NCBI GenBank assembly: GCA_002104905.1
Contig: MCFE01000042.1
Coordinates: 62,001 to 126,000 of the forward strand
Length of the DNA: 64,000 bases
Direction: 5' to 3'
Origin: Basidiobolus meristosporus CBS 931.73
Lineage: Eukaryota; Fungi; Basidiobolomycota
The first letter of the stretch is position 1. Each line of letters begins with the position of its first letter. The notes under the pieces are model-generated. The model was not told the DNA's origin. It searched no databases and saw nothing but the letters and a program-made list of their open reading frames with translations. Below, in pieces: positions 13,100 through 27,200 of the stretch. The position numbers and the translations under genes were made by a program.

Positions 13100-13830
13100 T
13101 GCTATAAGTGCCATGGAGATATTGATGTGACTGGGAGAACAAGCAGATTATTTGGTTTTTCACCAAATGATTTATTGATTGTAAAAGTAGTATTTATACT
13201 TTTACAAGGTCTTGGCATAATAAGCATGTGGAATAGTATTAGGAAAGTTTTAAGCACATGTGTGTAGAGTTTGGGATGGTTTGGACAACTTATCTAATTT
13301 AGATGTCTGGGTACCTGATATTCTAGAGAAAATATTTTAAGTAAATCCTAACAAGGAATTTGGTCAATATTCTCCAGGATATGAAGATAAAGATCTAGGT
13401 GACTAAGTTAGGTGAATATTTAGGTGGAGTTCTGAATCCTTATAACACTCCATTCAACTAAATGTTCATTCTGACTAGTACTTATTTTGACTTAGGATAT
13501 TCAAATTTCTCTCTAGCTAATAATTTGTGAATATGTCCGCAATCATTTCATCTGTAGGCCAGTAAACTAAGCTAAGTTATTCTCTATAGCTTCACATATA
13601 GGATGATGTCTGATATCTATGTGCTTAGTTCTATCATGAAAATTGTGACTTCTACCTAACTGTATACATCCTTGATTATCTTGAAATAAAGTAACAGATG
13701 TTTTTGATATAGGCCTTAATGCAAAAGAAGCTTTCATAGCCATTTTGCTTCTTTTGTAGCTTCACAGACTGCCAAATACTCTGCCTCTGTGGTAGAAAGT
13801 GCTACAGTTGATTGCTTTCTTGAATTCCAT
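13100..13830 (-). mobile_element. Decayed copia 3' end: LTR 13100-13447 plus RNase H remnant
   Basis: Family-A LTR followed by CTCCATTCAACTAAA (reverse PPT) and sequence paralogous to 11345-11720. Confidence 0.75.
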
Positions 13831-13835
13831 GAAAT

Positions 13836-15500
13836 TATAGTAAAAACTTGTAATTACACCTAAATATTCATATAACTTGGTCACTTTGATCATTATCTTC
13901 AAATCCTAGAGAATACTGGCCAAGTTCCCTGGATGGGATTTACTTGGAATATGTTCACCATAATATTAGGTACCAAGATCCTGAAATTTTCAAAAGCTGA
14001 CCAAGCAACCCCACACTTTGCTCATATGTGCTTAGGACTTTCCTAAGCCTATTCTACATGCTCTCTATGCCAAGATCATACAAAGTTCTAAATACTACTT
14101 TACATTCAATAAATCATTAAGTGAAAGCCACATAATGTACTTGTCTTCCCAGTCACCTCTAATATCTCCAAGACTTTTACAACAGGTTATGAGCCCCAAG
14201 CTGCCATTCTCTGCAATGCTTACCACTGCTATTACTGGAATTTTCCCTCTGCTGAAAAGTTGGATGGATCTAACTACCAAGTGTGGAAGGTAAAGATGAA
14301 GATGCAGCTGAAAGGAAGCAGCCTTTGGGATATTGTCTTGGGAGGAGAGTGCCCTCATAAAGATGTGGGAGAGAAAGCCTTGAAGTACCAGAAGAAAAAA
14401 CAAAGTGCCTTTAACTGGATTTGCCTTAATGTCAAAGAAAAATAGCTAATTCAATGCTCAAGAGAAAAAACCACAAAGAACGCCTGGAAGGCTTTAGAAG
14501 ACACCTACTAGCCATGTTTTGCTACTAAGAAAATGTATTGCAGACCAAATTCTATATTATAAAGATGCTGCCAGGAGAAGAAATGAAAAATCTAACTAGC
14601 AGAATTACCCTGCCAGTGGATGAGATGGGATCTGTTGGTAAACCAACTGCTGATGAGGATGTGATATTTACCATTTTGAATAGCCTGAAAGGCAAGTTTC
14701 AGGGCCTTGTATCAGCCCTAGAGTCCAGAACTGAAGATTTGACCTTAAATGACATATATTGAAGGCTCCTGGAACAAGAATCAGAAAATCAAGCATCAAC
14801 AAGAAGGAAGAAGAAAATGCTTTAATATGCAATGATAACCAACAAAGGAGGTACTCACAACCCTTCAAAGGCAACAGCAACCTGTTTTTGCAAATACAGC
14901 AAAAGGAAAGGACACACATTAGACTGGAGCTTTCAAAAGAGTGATAATCAGCAAAAGATGCCAGAATATGAAAATGCTGCAACAACAGAAGATAGACTAT
15001 TCATATATGCACTTAATATGACCACAAATAAGGATTCTCAGATGTGGCACCCTGACTGTTGAGCATCTCAACACTTTATACACCCAAAAGGACTTTTAGC
15101 TCAATATCAAGAAATTCCATTTAAGAAAGCTTTCTTGGGTGACAATAGAACACTTGATGAAATGGGAGAAGGAACCATCTATGTAAACCTTAGAAGCAGT
15201 GAAGGAAGCCATTCTCTTACTATCAAAGAAGTACCATATATACCAGATATAGCCAAGAACCTACTATCTGTAAGCAAGGCCACTGCAGAAGGACTCAGTT
15301 TCAGCCTTGACAATTCTGGATGCAGGATCACTTATCAAAATGATGCCCATATTGCTTTGGGTATCAGAGATCAGCATCTACATAAGTTGACTTCTATTCC
15401 ATTATATCTGGCAGCCAATATAAGTAACTTAAATGAAGAAACACCAATGCTTTGGCACAGGAGATTTGGGCACATCAATTTTGATTATTTGTGCAAAATG
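13836..15500 (+). mobile_element. Decayed copia family-A 5' half: LTR 13836-14184, PBS GGTTATGAGCCC, gag-PR-GAG-pre-integrase pseudogene
   Basis: LDGSNYQVWKVKMKMQL, VSALESRTEDLTL, PDIAKNLLSVSK, LWHRRFGHINF; interrupted by stops. Confidence 0.85.
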
Positions 15501-18500
15501 TTCAGTTATACCTCAATTGCCAATTGTATTGACCTATACAAGTCTCTATACCCTACACTAACATTAAGCTCAACCCCACACTTAACAGGTAGCTCCATTA
15601 AAATCCACCACTCAATAAGTATTTCTGCTGTACACTCTGGTTCCACAACTTTGGTGGGAACCCAACAGCTTTATGCCACTGTTCATTCACTGGTTCTCAC
15701 ACATCCTGGTCTTAAGCTGGCACTGCAAGGTCTAGCTCCTCATCTGCCAGTCTTTGCAATAAATTCTTGCAATATTCCAGTGCATTTTCTTGAGCACTGC
15801 TCTTGAAGAAGTGCTGCAACATCTTGGTGTGCCTATCAGTGCTCCAAAACTCCACTGAAGGCAATGTGATAGTCTTTTGAGCTCTTGACATTGTAGCCTT
15901 GCCTGTCAGCAGGATCTCCACTCTGTCAACAATAGAGAATGTGGAGGCTGTAGAGGCTGTGGTAGACAAATTGCCTTTTTCAGCAAACTCATCTACCTTG
16001 CTGGGGTGTAGCTCATCTGACTGCACTTCCAACTTCTTTGAAAACAGCTGTTTTTGTGTTGGTAATTCTTCTTGGCTATGATGGGATTCAGTCTGTTCCT
16101 GGCTTGCGGTGTTAATTGGTAAGAACTGCAGTTTTTCTTGCATGCCTCCCTGTCTCAGGCTTTGGTAGACATTTTTCCCTTTACCTTTTTGTTTATCACT
16201 GCCAGGTCTTTCACTGCTGCTTAGTCTAAGTGCTTCTTATATAGAACTATGTTTTCTCCTGGATAAATTCTGCTCTGATGCATCTGTTTTGGCCTTCTTG
16301 TCCCTTGCTGGAGCTCTTCTGGGAATCTGACATTTCTTTTCTGCTTATTTTGAGCTCCCAACTGTAGTTATGACAGGCTCCTGTAAAAGCTGCTGGTTTT
16401 TATCACTGCCAAGTCCTTCACTCATACTTTGACCGGGTGCTTCTTGAGTGGTACTATGCTTTTTCCTTGATAAATGTTATGCTGGTGTATCTGTGTCTGT
16501 CTGTTTGTCCCTAATTGGCACTCTTCCAGCTACCTGACATCTCTTTGATGCTTGTCTGGAGCTTTTGACCCTGCTTGTAACAGCCTCTTGAGGAAGCTGC
16601 TGGTTTTTAGCCATGGCACCCTAGTTCTTCTGCCTTTGATAGTTTCTGCTATTCTTAAGATACTTTCTAGGCACACCAATGCTGGCCCAAAATCTGTTTG
16701 CATGCTTGAATCCAGGATAATGCTCATGGAACAAGTCAAGTGCATTCTGCTTAGCTTTGAGTTCCTGATGGTCCCATGGTAGGCCAGCCTTAAGGTGATG
16801 GCATGCTAGACTTCTGATGGCCTCTTGTATATTAGCCCACTCTTCATTATTGCACTCAATGGCTTCACAGATCTTCAATGTCTTTTGATTTTTAGGCTTT
16901 GGTATAAACACCACACTGTCTCCCTCCCATGCTGTGATAGGTTTCTCTGTGGGCTTTATCTTTGGGCACTGTTGTTGCGCTTCAAAGACTGTACAGTATT
17001 CCTCTGCTGTTATGTTGGGAAATGGCTCAATTCTTGGCTGTGACATTAGCTACTTGAGTTCCTTCTTTGCAGCAAAAATACTGCTTTCTCTACCTGGGAT
17101 ATTGATTGCTCTACATGTATTATTTGCTCATCCTGTTTCTGGGCTATTTCCTGATTTCTCTGGGCCATTGCATCTATCCTATCAGCCACTCCACCTAACT
17201 ACTTAATTAATGCTTTGGTAGGAGCTGACAACATACTTCCTAATATGGGTGGTGGTGATGTTATCATGCCCACTTGCTGATCTTCAACAGAGGGTACTGC
17301 ATTTGCTACATTCTCATCTGCCTGAGCATAACAGTCAGCTTGTGGCTCCACATAGGTTCTCAATTGCCTACTTGACTGAGAGCCTGAGGAGTCCACATAA
17401 TTACCTTCAATGGGCACACTGTCCACAGGGCCTTTTTTGGATGTAGCCCTGCTTGTTGCACTGAATGTCAAAGCAAGCTGTTGTCCAACTGTTCTTCTGT
17501 TGCCATCAGCAGTGGGGTTTGGTTGAGAACCAGACAACTTTGCTTTATTTTTTGGCGGCATATATATGGAAGTAAGTCAAACCAAAGGGGAAATAGTGTT
17601 ACATATACATGTGTATGTGGTGCCACAAATTTATTTTTAATGCTTACAATGGTGGGTCATAATTAAATCTTACATTCATGTAGGTGCAATGTCTCAAATG
17701 CAAGACTGTCTTAAGTTCACATGAGTATTGACCAAAAAGTGATATAATAGCATTAGTTTGTTGAAGGTCAAATTGTTTGCCCCATGGACATGACTACTTT
17801 GATGCAACACTGTAAGAGAAGAGAAAAAAGATTATGTGGCTATTGTGGCAAGCCTATCAGCCATGAAGCACACAGACAGTATAGGAAGAATTACAAGGAT
17901 CATGACAAGTGTTTTGCCACCCAAGTCATATTTGACCATTCATTGGTCACTACTGTACCAACATTATCTTGCTGGCCAGTTGATACTTCTATATTGGCAC
18001 CTGGCTGTCTTTGTCACCTTGCACAAACTGAGTCAGGTGAGTTTGTGACACCTTTAGGCTCACCTCAGCCTTCTGAATATGGCACGCAGAGTGATAGCTC
18101 TGACAATGAAGGTTCACTGATGGATTTTGAGGCTATCTCCTCTAACAACAGTATCACATATGAGCCTGGTCAAATCCCTATATGCAGTTAGATAACACCT
18201 GTTGAAACAAGTGCCAAGGATACTTTATGGAGCCAAGTGAGCCCAGTAATCCATCTACTGGAGAATGAAGTAATCTTGTGGCTAAAGAAGTGGTGCGTTG
18301 TAGAGGTACTCCAGGGAGAAGCTACACAACTCAAGGTGTGTGAGGTGTCTGATGGGTGCAATAACCTCTGTGTCTAAACTGCTGGTGTCTTTGTCAATAT
18401 GTCACTATTGTAAAAGCTCCTGCTTCTCTAGCTTCCTAGGTGCTCCAAGTGTCTCCAAAGGCCTCTGTGTGTCTTGTGCACTACCCTGAAAAGCTCCTTG

Positions 18501-21150
18501 ATGGCAGGTCTGAGATGTACTGTTGTAGGCATCAGTGGAATTCTTGATGACATCACTATTAGCTAAAAATATGCCAAGAATGTCCTAGAGGGTTCTAAAA
18601 GGCGCAGCACATCCAGCCAATCAGGTATCAGTAGTCTGAAACCTGTGCAGCATAGAAATACCATATATGGTATTGAAATGATAGGGATGGTAACATAGAC
18701 TTAGGTCATGTGTCACAGGTACTGACGTGGGTACTTGCCTTATGTAGATACATATACTGATCATAAAGCTGAATAACATCTGGGATAACTAATGCTAATA
18801 GCTAATCAGGGTAAACATCATATGGGGATAATACTGATAATATGGGCAAAAGAAGAATGGGAAAATACTGATAAGATAAAATATGAATAAATACATCATA
18901 ATGACTATATGAATTAACTTGTCTGTAGGAGGTATGTTTACCCTACTACAGCATTTCCACTAGTATCAGTAATGGGGGCTTTGAGGATTTATTACTACTT
19001 CTTGCCAAAATCATACCAGGATGCAACTTACCATGTACATGGTACAAGTGGACAACCGTCATGTGGCTGGCAACATATGATCTAGAGACTGTGCTGATTC
19101 CAGCATGTGTTAACAGTTGCATGGCATTCACATCCAAAAATGCTACCATTGCAATGTGTCCAAATTGTCAGGAATCCACCACCATTGAGGGAAAACATTG
19201 TTCACACTCCAGATATATTCAAGTCATACCCCATCTGAGGAAGCTGATGCAGTCCAACAAGTATTGCAAAGCTATAAAGTACCATACCTAGTATCAATCA
19301 AGCACAAACATATCCAATATATTTGATGGCAAACATTACAAACAGCTAAGAAGCACGGGCTACTTTGAAGGTATGTATGGCCATGCCTTTGCTTTAGCAC
19401 TTGATGGATTCTCATTAAACAGATACTCTACCAGCAAATCCTGCTGGCCACTGATTCTCATCAATCTGAATCTGCTGCCCATCTTACAGTATCAGAGAAA
19501 TAATCTGATGGTAGTCTCACTAGTATCTGGGCCTAAATCACCATCCTACCTGGATAGCTACATGTATCCATTGCTGGATGAGCTTTGTATGCTTTCCTGC
19601 AGGATAACAGTAAATGGCTGTTGAGTAAAAGCATATACTATTATCTGCATTGGAGATACCCCAGCCATCAGCAAGATAGCAGGTTTTTCCGGGCACAATG
19701 GATGGTATTGCTGTTGAATATGTGAGATCCAGGGGATTTACTCCATAACTCACACACATTATTATTATCCAAACACCAGCACTAAGAACATCATCTTTCC
19801 ACAGAGAGAATGTATAGAAGTAAGCATGCAATTGCAGCAAAGTTGGCAAGCTATAATCCATTGGCCAGAACATGGAATCAATTGGAAACCAGAGATACTT
19901 AAGATAGAGGGTATCTGTTGGAGCAAAAGCTTTCTACTGGGAGCAATGCATTTGCTTTTCAACAATATTCCTATACTGATGACCAAGTTGTACATGGGCA
20001 TTTTAAGCTAAATGAGCCCTTTGAGGTACCAGAGACATTTGAAAGAATTGGCAAGATATTACAGAGTGTCTGCTACCCTAAGTACTTCTCATGAGCTCCA
20101 ATTAATATTTATATACATATGCAATAATACAAATGCAAAGACTGGATGAACTGGATATGTATTTATTTAAGTGGTGTTCTGAAGCCATTCTTACCCAGAG
20201 TACATTGGAAGCACTGGGAGTCATATGTGGACATTGTAGGAATAAGACAAGTCAAGTTGTATGTACTACCATATAATAATCTCATCAAGAATATTACCTT
20301 CAAGTCCATCATGGATGTGATGAGTTGGCACATGGAGGACAGCCAGAAAGAGTTGGAAAATACTGAGGACAAATGTGCCCATGGAGACACCTATGCCTAT
20401 GGCATTAAGAAGCCAAGCAGCTCCAATGTGTGGGCAATCAGTTAAGAAATGCAAACTTGGGTTGGGTGCAACAAGCAACTAGTTTTTATCAGGAAAACTC
20501 TACCAAGATATGCTGGATTTCTCATGGTCACCAGCCAACTTCTATACCATTCAATATGGAGTTCACACAAACAAAAGCCAGAGGGCACCTATAGTGGGGA
20601 CTGGAATCCAGCAGGGAGAAGGAACATATTGGCTAAATACCAAGAAGTTCTTTGCGGATATTCAGGAGGTATTCATGGCAGAAGTGGCAACAACCAAGCA
20701 TATGTTTGCAAGATGATATGTTACCAGCAGTACAAGGTATATGGCAACTCTGCAAGTATCACACTAAAAAGCCATAAAGTTAAGGTGATAGAAGTATGTC
20801 AATTGCAGCAGGTGTGTGTGTTTGTAGAGGTTAGTAAGCAGGAGGCCATAGTTTTTTTTGATTCAAACTATATGTGGAATACCCAACATAGCAGTGGGTA
20901 AGCAAACAAAGAGGGGTGATTCTACAGTGGAATATATGATTTGCACAAGGGGAGGCAGAAAAAGGAAATACCATTTGGTAGATTGGTACAGTAGCATTAT
21001 ACAGATCCAGCAGTAGGCCATTATACTGCCAATATAATGCCATCAGAGTCTTGCTGCAAGGCCATCAAAATACTGTCAAGTTTCTTGCCATATAAGGCAA
21101 TTGGATGTCCTGGCCAACTGGATCCACTTAAAATAGTTGTAGAGCACTAA
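15500..21150. mobile_element. Decayed CACTA/EnSpm-like DNA transposon, copy 1: Transposase_21-like pseudogene on + (~19000-20900), accessory ORF remnants on - (15712-17561) and + (17784-18191); ends not defined
   Basis: LIPACVNSCMAF...CPNC, FDGKHY..L...ALALDGF...SCWPLILINLNL...NLMVVSLVSGPKSP.YLDSYMYPLLDEL are Transposase_21-type motifs; paralogous to 30.9-33.2 kb. Confidence 0.75.
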
Positions 21151-21249
21151 AAGACTGCAACAGTACCATGCAAATATTGTCACAGCACTGTAAAATTAGC
21201 AAAACACCATCATAATCCCATCATAAGATTGTTAGGAGGGTCACTAATT

Positions 21250-23267
21250 CCAAGCTGCTGGTATTTTGAAGGTCTCTAAATGGGATCTTGACAGGTGATC
21301 TGGATTGGATCCACCTGTGGGACCAAATTATTTTTCACAGGGCAATTGTGGCTCAGCCTGAATTAGTGCCCAGAAATATCCTAGAAGTGACATTATAGTA
21401 TCAAATGCCTGGAGATTCTACTGGACAAGAAATAGCCAAAATTACTATATCAATGAGGGTACAAACCTAGCCCACACCTATTGAGTCCGTGTTGATGAGC
21501 CCCAGACTGTAAAGGAGGCCCTATATAGCTCTCAGACAAGGCTTTGGAGATCTGCAACTGCTGAGGAATATCAGGCCCTGACTGAAAAGCAAACTTGGGA
21601 CTAGGTCAAATTACTAATTGACCAAAATCAATTGGATGCAGATGGGTCTTTAAGACAAAGTGCAAGGCTCATGGTACAACTGAAAGATAAAAAGCAAGAC
21701 TTGCAGCCAAAGGATACTTTCTAACAAAAGGACTTAGCTATATAGAGACCCTTGCACTAGTAGCCAAGTTTAATTCCTTCTGATTAATATTGGCTGTTAC
21801 AGCCAAAAATCTGTTTTCTATACATCAAACAGTAGTAAAAACTACATTCTTGAATAGAAAGCTTGATGAGGGCATGTATATAGACCAGCCTGATAGGTTG
21901 GCTGACCAAGATAACTACCATTTGATCTGCAAGCTTGAAAAATCTCTATATGGTCTCAAATAATCACCAAGAGCCTGGAATTGCAAGATAGATTCTTATT
22001 TGGAATCTGTGATTTCCAAAGGAGTTCAAGATGTCCAATCTAGGAGAGCTTAGTTACTACTTGGGGATAATGTTCTCTATAGACAGAAGTACCCAGACTA
22101 TCACCCTAAGCAATCCAAGTATATTCAAGATATACCTAATAAGTACCAAATGGAATACTATAAACCAGCGGCTACCCCAATGGGGATAAACCTTAACTGG
22201 GTCAAAACTTAACCATATTGAGACACCTTGGTGCCATCTGAATGCTCTGACTTTCCTTATTGATCTATGGTTGGCAGTCTGATGTATATCATGCTTGGGA
22301 CATGTCCAGATATCTCACATTCAGTAGGAATTGCCAGCTAGCATAATCAGAACTATGGATATGATCATTTTGCAGCAGTTAAGAGGATTTTTAGACACCT
22401 AAAAGCAGCTGCTGATATATGCCTAAGATATACTTATAAGGATTCAGAACAGTATCTTGTGGGATACTCTGATGCTGATAGGGGACAAAGTTTAGAAGTC
22501 AGAAGATCCACCACAGGAGACACCTTTTTTTACTGTCAAGGAGCAATTTCATAGAATTCAAGAGAGCAACCAACCCTAGCACTTTCTGCCACAGAGGCAG
22601 AGTATAGGGAGGCCTTTGAAGCTGCAAAAGAAGCAATGTGGCTAAGAAGCTTTTATAGATTTAAGCCTATGTCAAAAAACACCAATTACTTTGTTTCAAG
22701 AGAAATAAGGATGTATACAATTATGTAGAAGTTGCACTGTTCATGCTAGAACTAAGTACATAGACATTGGACATCATTTCATATGTGAAGTGATAGAAAA
22801 TAGCTTGGCTAAATTAGCTTGCTATCCTATGGATGAAATGATTGCAGACATATATACCTAACCATTAGCTGGAGACAAGTTTGAATATCTTAGGTCAAAA
22901 TCAAGACTAATCAGTATAAACATTTAGCTTAGTGGGAGTGTTGTGAAAATTTGTAAATCTACCTAAATATTCACATAGCTTAGTCACTTAGATCATTACC
23001 TTTAAATTCTAAAAAACACTGTCTAAATTCCTTGTCAGGATTTGCTAATAATATTTTCACCAAAATAGCAGGTACCCAGCATATGAAAATCTCAAGGTTA
23101 TCCAAACAGCGCCAAACTTGGCACACATATTCTTGGTACCTTTCTTAGCGTATTTTATGTGTTTATAATCCCAAGACCATGTAAAAGTATAAATACTTCT
23201 TTACATTCAATAAATCATTAAGTGAAGACCACATAATCTACTTGTTCTCCCAATCACTTCCAATATC
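21250..23267 (+). mobile_element. Decayed copia 3' half: RT/RNase H pseudogene, PPT and LTR 22939-23267 (3'-clipped)
   Basis: Decayed KARLAAKGY, KLEKSLYGLK and ALSATEAEY-like coding remnants; AGTGGGAG immediately before TGTTG. Confidence 0.8.
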
Positions 23268-24240
23268 ATTAGTGTATCTTGAATATACTCAGACTGTCTT
23301 AGGGTGATAGTCTGGGTTCTTCTGTCCATAACTGAGTCCTCATAGATTGGATTTCTTGAACTCTCTAAATAGGCTGGATTTAGTCTCTTCCAATGTATTT
23401 AGGTTATTAGTGGCTATAATTAGATCTTCTACATATAGAGCTATAGGAGTGAAATTGCTCTATCTGGCTTATAATATACACTTTAGTCAGAATTGCTCCT
23501 TTTGAAACTTAAAGATTTCAAATAAGATTCTAGCTGGCAATTCCAGGCTTTTGGTGATTGTATGAGTGCATATAGAGATTTTTTAAGCTTACAGACTAAA
23601 TGGGTGTTATCTTGGTCAACAAACCTATCTGGCTGGTCCTTATACATCTCCTCATCATGCTTTTTGTTCAAAATGCAGTTTTTACATCCATATGATGTAA
23701 TAGAAACTTACATTTGGCAGCAATGCCAACATTGATCTGATGAATTAAACTTGAGTACTGGTGTAGAGGTCTCACTATAGCCAATTCCTTTTGCTTGAGA
23801 GTATCCATTGGCTACAAGTCTTACTTTGTATCTTTTAGCTGTACCATCAATGTTATATTTTGTCTTGATGACCCATCTGCATCCATTTGAATTGCTCTAC
23901 ATTGCTTACTTGACAAAGTCACAAGTCTGATTTTTCATCAGGGCCTGACACTCCTCAGTTGTTGAAGAACTACAAAACCTTGTCTGAGGGCTTTCTAAGG
24001 TCTCTGTTACAATGTGCACCCTTGTTGATATAGAGATTTGGGCTATTTCTGGTCATTTGGATCTCCTGGTTTGTGATTCCAAATTATCACTTCTATGATA
24101 ATGCCAGGCACTGACTCAGACTGAACCATGGTTGTAGAGTCCACCAGATTGATAAAGTGGACTTGAGATCAGATTTTTGTCATCAGCTAAAATAATTTCT
24201 TGGCATATACTCTACACCCAGATATTCTTAGATATTCTTC
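23268..24240 (-). mobile_element. Old copia family-A element, RT segment (continues at 29271-30880 and probably 43919-44388)
   Basis: DQPDRFVDQDNTHLVCKLKKSLYALIQSPKAWN remnant; joined to 29271 across a 4-bp CTTC TSD. Confidence 0.8.
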
Positions 24241-24279
24241 TGTTACAAGTCTTGGTATAAGAGTTGCAGAGGATTAGGG

Positions 24280-27200
24280 TGTTGCAATTTAAGAAGTGAT
24301 TTGGATATAAGGAACTTATCAAGAAACAGTGATAATAGTTGAACTGTTGCTTGTTCATAAAGAAGCTCAGTATTTATACCTTTGTAGAAGTAATACAGCT
24401 GCAACACTAAGTAGGGAGGGTTTCTCAATATTCAGGAGCATTCTGTAACAGTTTCAGGGTTAGTACATAATGTTTGGTAATAGTGCTAATTTGATCCTGA
24501 CTATAGGGGAATAATCATAAGATCATATATCTAGAGAAAGTGGCAAAGTTAAGGCAATAAATGAGTCCTACAGTGACTAAGACTAGCCTAGAATTGTTAA
24601 GTAAATTTTTAGCTGCTGAATGATACCAAATAGTCCAATATTTCAACACTCCCCCTCAACTAAATAATTTCATAATCCCAATTTCTCTCTAAGGATCTCA
24701 AACTGTGGCCTAGCTAGTGGTTTTGTCAATATGTCTGCCACCATTTTGTCAGTTGGGCAGTAAACCAGCTCTACTAAGTTATTTTCTACAGCTTCCCTCA
24801 CAAAGTGATGCTGTATATCAATGTGCTTAGTTCTGGCATGATTAGTAGGATTTCTAGCTAATGAAATACAACTTTGATTATCCTTGTAAATACATGTTGG
24901 TTCACCTGAATTAAAACCTAAGTCTTTGAATAATTTTTGTAGCTATATAGCCTCCTTAGTTGCTTGACATGCAGCCATATATTTGGCTTCAGTTGTAGAT
25001 AGTGCCACAGTTGGTTGTTTCTTGCAACTCCAAGTAATAGCTGCACCAGCATAAAGAAATACATAGCCTGTGGTAGAGCATCTGTCAATCAAATCCCTAC
25101 CCCAATCTGAATCACTATAACCATCAAATTTTTGCCTATTAGCTGCTCCAGAGTATTCCAATACCATATTTATGGTACCTTGTAGATATCTGAAAATCTG
25201 CTTAACTGCTGCAATTTGATCTGATCCATAATTCTGCATAAATTGACTGACTATTCCAACTGCTACTGCAATATCATGACGTGTAGACACCATCAAGTAC
25301 ATTAGGCTACCAACCATTGATTGATAGGGAAAGTTTTGGTCCATATTTGAGCCGTTTTCATCTATAACTGGCTGAGATTTGCTTAATCTCAGGTTATTGT
25401 CCATAGGGGTTGCTGCAGGCTTGCAATTTTCCATTTTGAAGCGTCTAAGAATGTCCCTGATGTACTTAGACTGATTCAGCACAATTTTCTGCGTAGGTAT
25501 GTCAAATTTGACCTCAATTCCAAGAAAATAGCTCAATTTTCCAAGATCTTTCATCTCAAACTTGCTGAAGAGATCTGATTTCGTCTGTTTAAGTGCCTCT
25601 TGATCACTTGTAGCTATAATTAGGTCGTCCACATAAAGAACTAGGATGATCACAACCTTTTTGAGCTGTTTCACATATATACTGTGATCTGCAGTGCTAC
25701 GAGAGGACCCAATTTCCTCTAGATATGTGTCAATCTTGTTATACCATGCTGTGGGTGCCTGCTTAAGCCCATACAACAATTTTCTAAGTTTGCACACCTT
25801 ATGGGGGCTTTTTGGATCGGTAAAACCTTCTGGTTGCTCCATATATATAGTTTCTTGCAAATCCCCATTTAGAAAGGCTGTTTTGACGTCCATTTGGTGT
25901 AGATCTAGACTGTGTACAGCTGCCAGGGCTAGAACTGTCCTGATAGAGTTAAACTTGGCAACCGGAGCAAATGTTTCCTTAAAGTCTAGTCCCTGGATCT
26001 GGGAATAGCCTTTAGCTACCAATCTAGCCTTGTACTTATCAACGGCACCATTTGAGGTTATCTTGATCTTGTAGACCCATCTACATCCTATTGGCTTTCT
26101 CCCATTTGGTAAATCTACCAGTTCCCACGTTTTTGCCTTGATCAGTGATTGGTACTCCTCCTGCATGGCTTGTTGCCACTTAGTAGCATCTGGACCTTGC
26201 ATTGCCTGTTCCAGATTCTGAGGTATGGCACATAAGGCAGGATAAGCTTCTTCATGATCATTGGATGTCTGCCACCAGGATCCAGGAGCATTTCTTATTC
26301 TGGTAGATCTCCTAACTGGGATAATCTGTTCTGATCTGGAACTGGTAGAAGTATCTTCCTCATTTGTGTCGATTGCATCATCAGGCAGCTGGCCAATGAT
26401 TTCTGTGGCTTTCTGATCTGAATTCTCCTCAAATACAACGTCCCTGCTCTTGATCAGCTTCTGAATTTTGCCATCATACACTCTATACCCTTTAGTATCT
26501 TTAAAATACCCAAGAAAGATCCCTTTTCTACTCTTTGGTTCCAACTTTGAGCGTTTTTTGTCAGGGATGTGATAAAAAACATCACTGCCAAAGATCCTGA
26601 GGTGCTGGAGATCTGGTTTTTTGCCTGTATATGCTTCAAAGGGTGTAGAATCACGTAGTGCTGTTGTTGGGCATCTGTTCTTGATGTATACAGCGGTAGC
26701 AACAGATTCAGCCCAAAACTTGTAGTCCATTCCCTTATCATGTAGCATAGATCTTCCCATCTCTACTATTGTACTATTTGCACGTTCTGCTACTCCATTT
26801 TGCTGTGGAGTATGAGGAACTGTGGTCTGTTGAAGTATACCAGTAGACAAGCAGTATTTTGCAAACTACTTTGAGCAGTATTCTCCTCCATTGTCACTTC
26901 ATAGTACCTTCAATTTACACCCAGTTTGCGTTTCTGCCATGTTCTTAAAGTGCTTAAACGTCTCTAAAGCTTCATCCTTTGTTTTGAGGAAGTACACCCA
27001 TGTATATCTTGTCTTGTCATCAATAAACGTCATAAAGTATCTCTTGGCTCCAAAGGACAGTGTTCTCATGGGGCCACATATGTCTGAGTGTACAATAGCC
27101 AATATTTCGGTAGTATTGATGCCTTCTGAGCTCTTGAAACGTTGCCTAGCTTGCTTGCCATATGAACATTCCTTACAAACATTCAATTTGATCGGAATTG

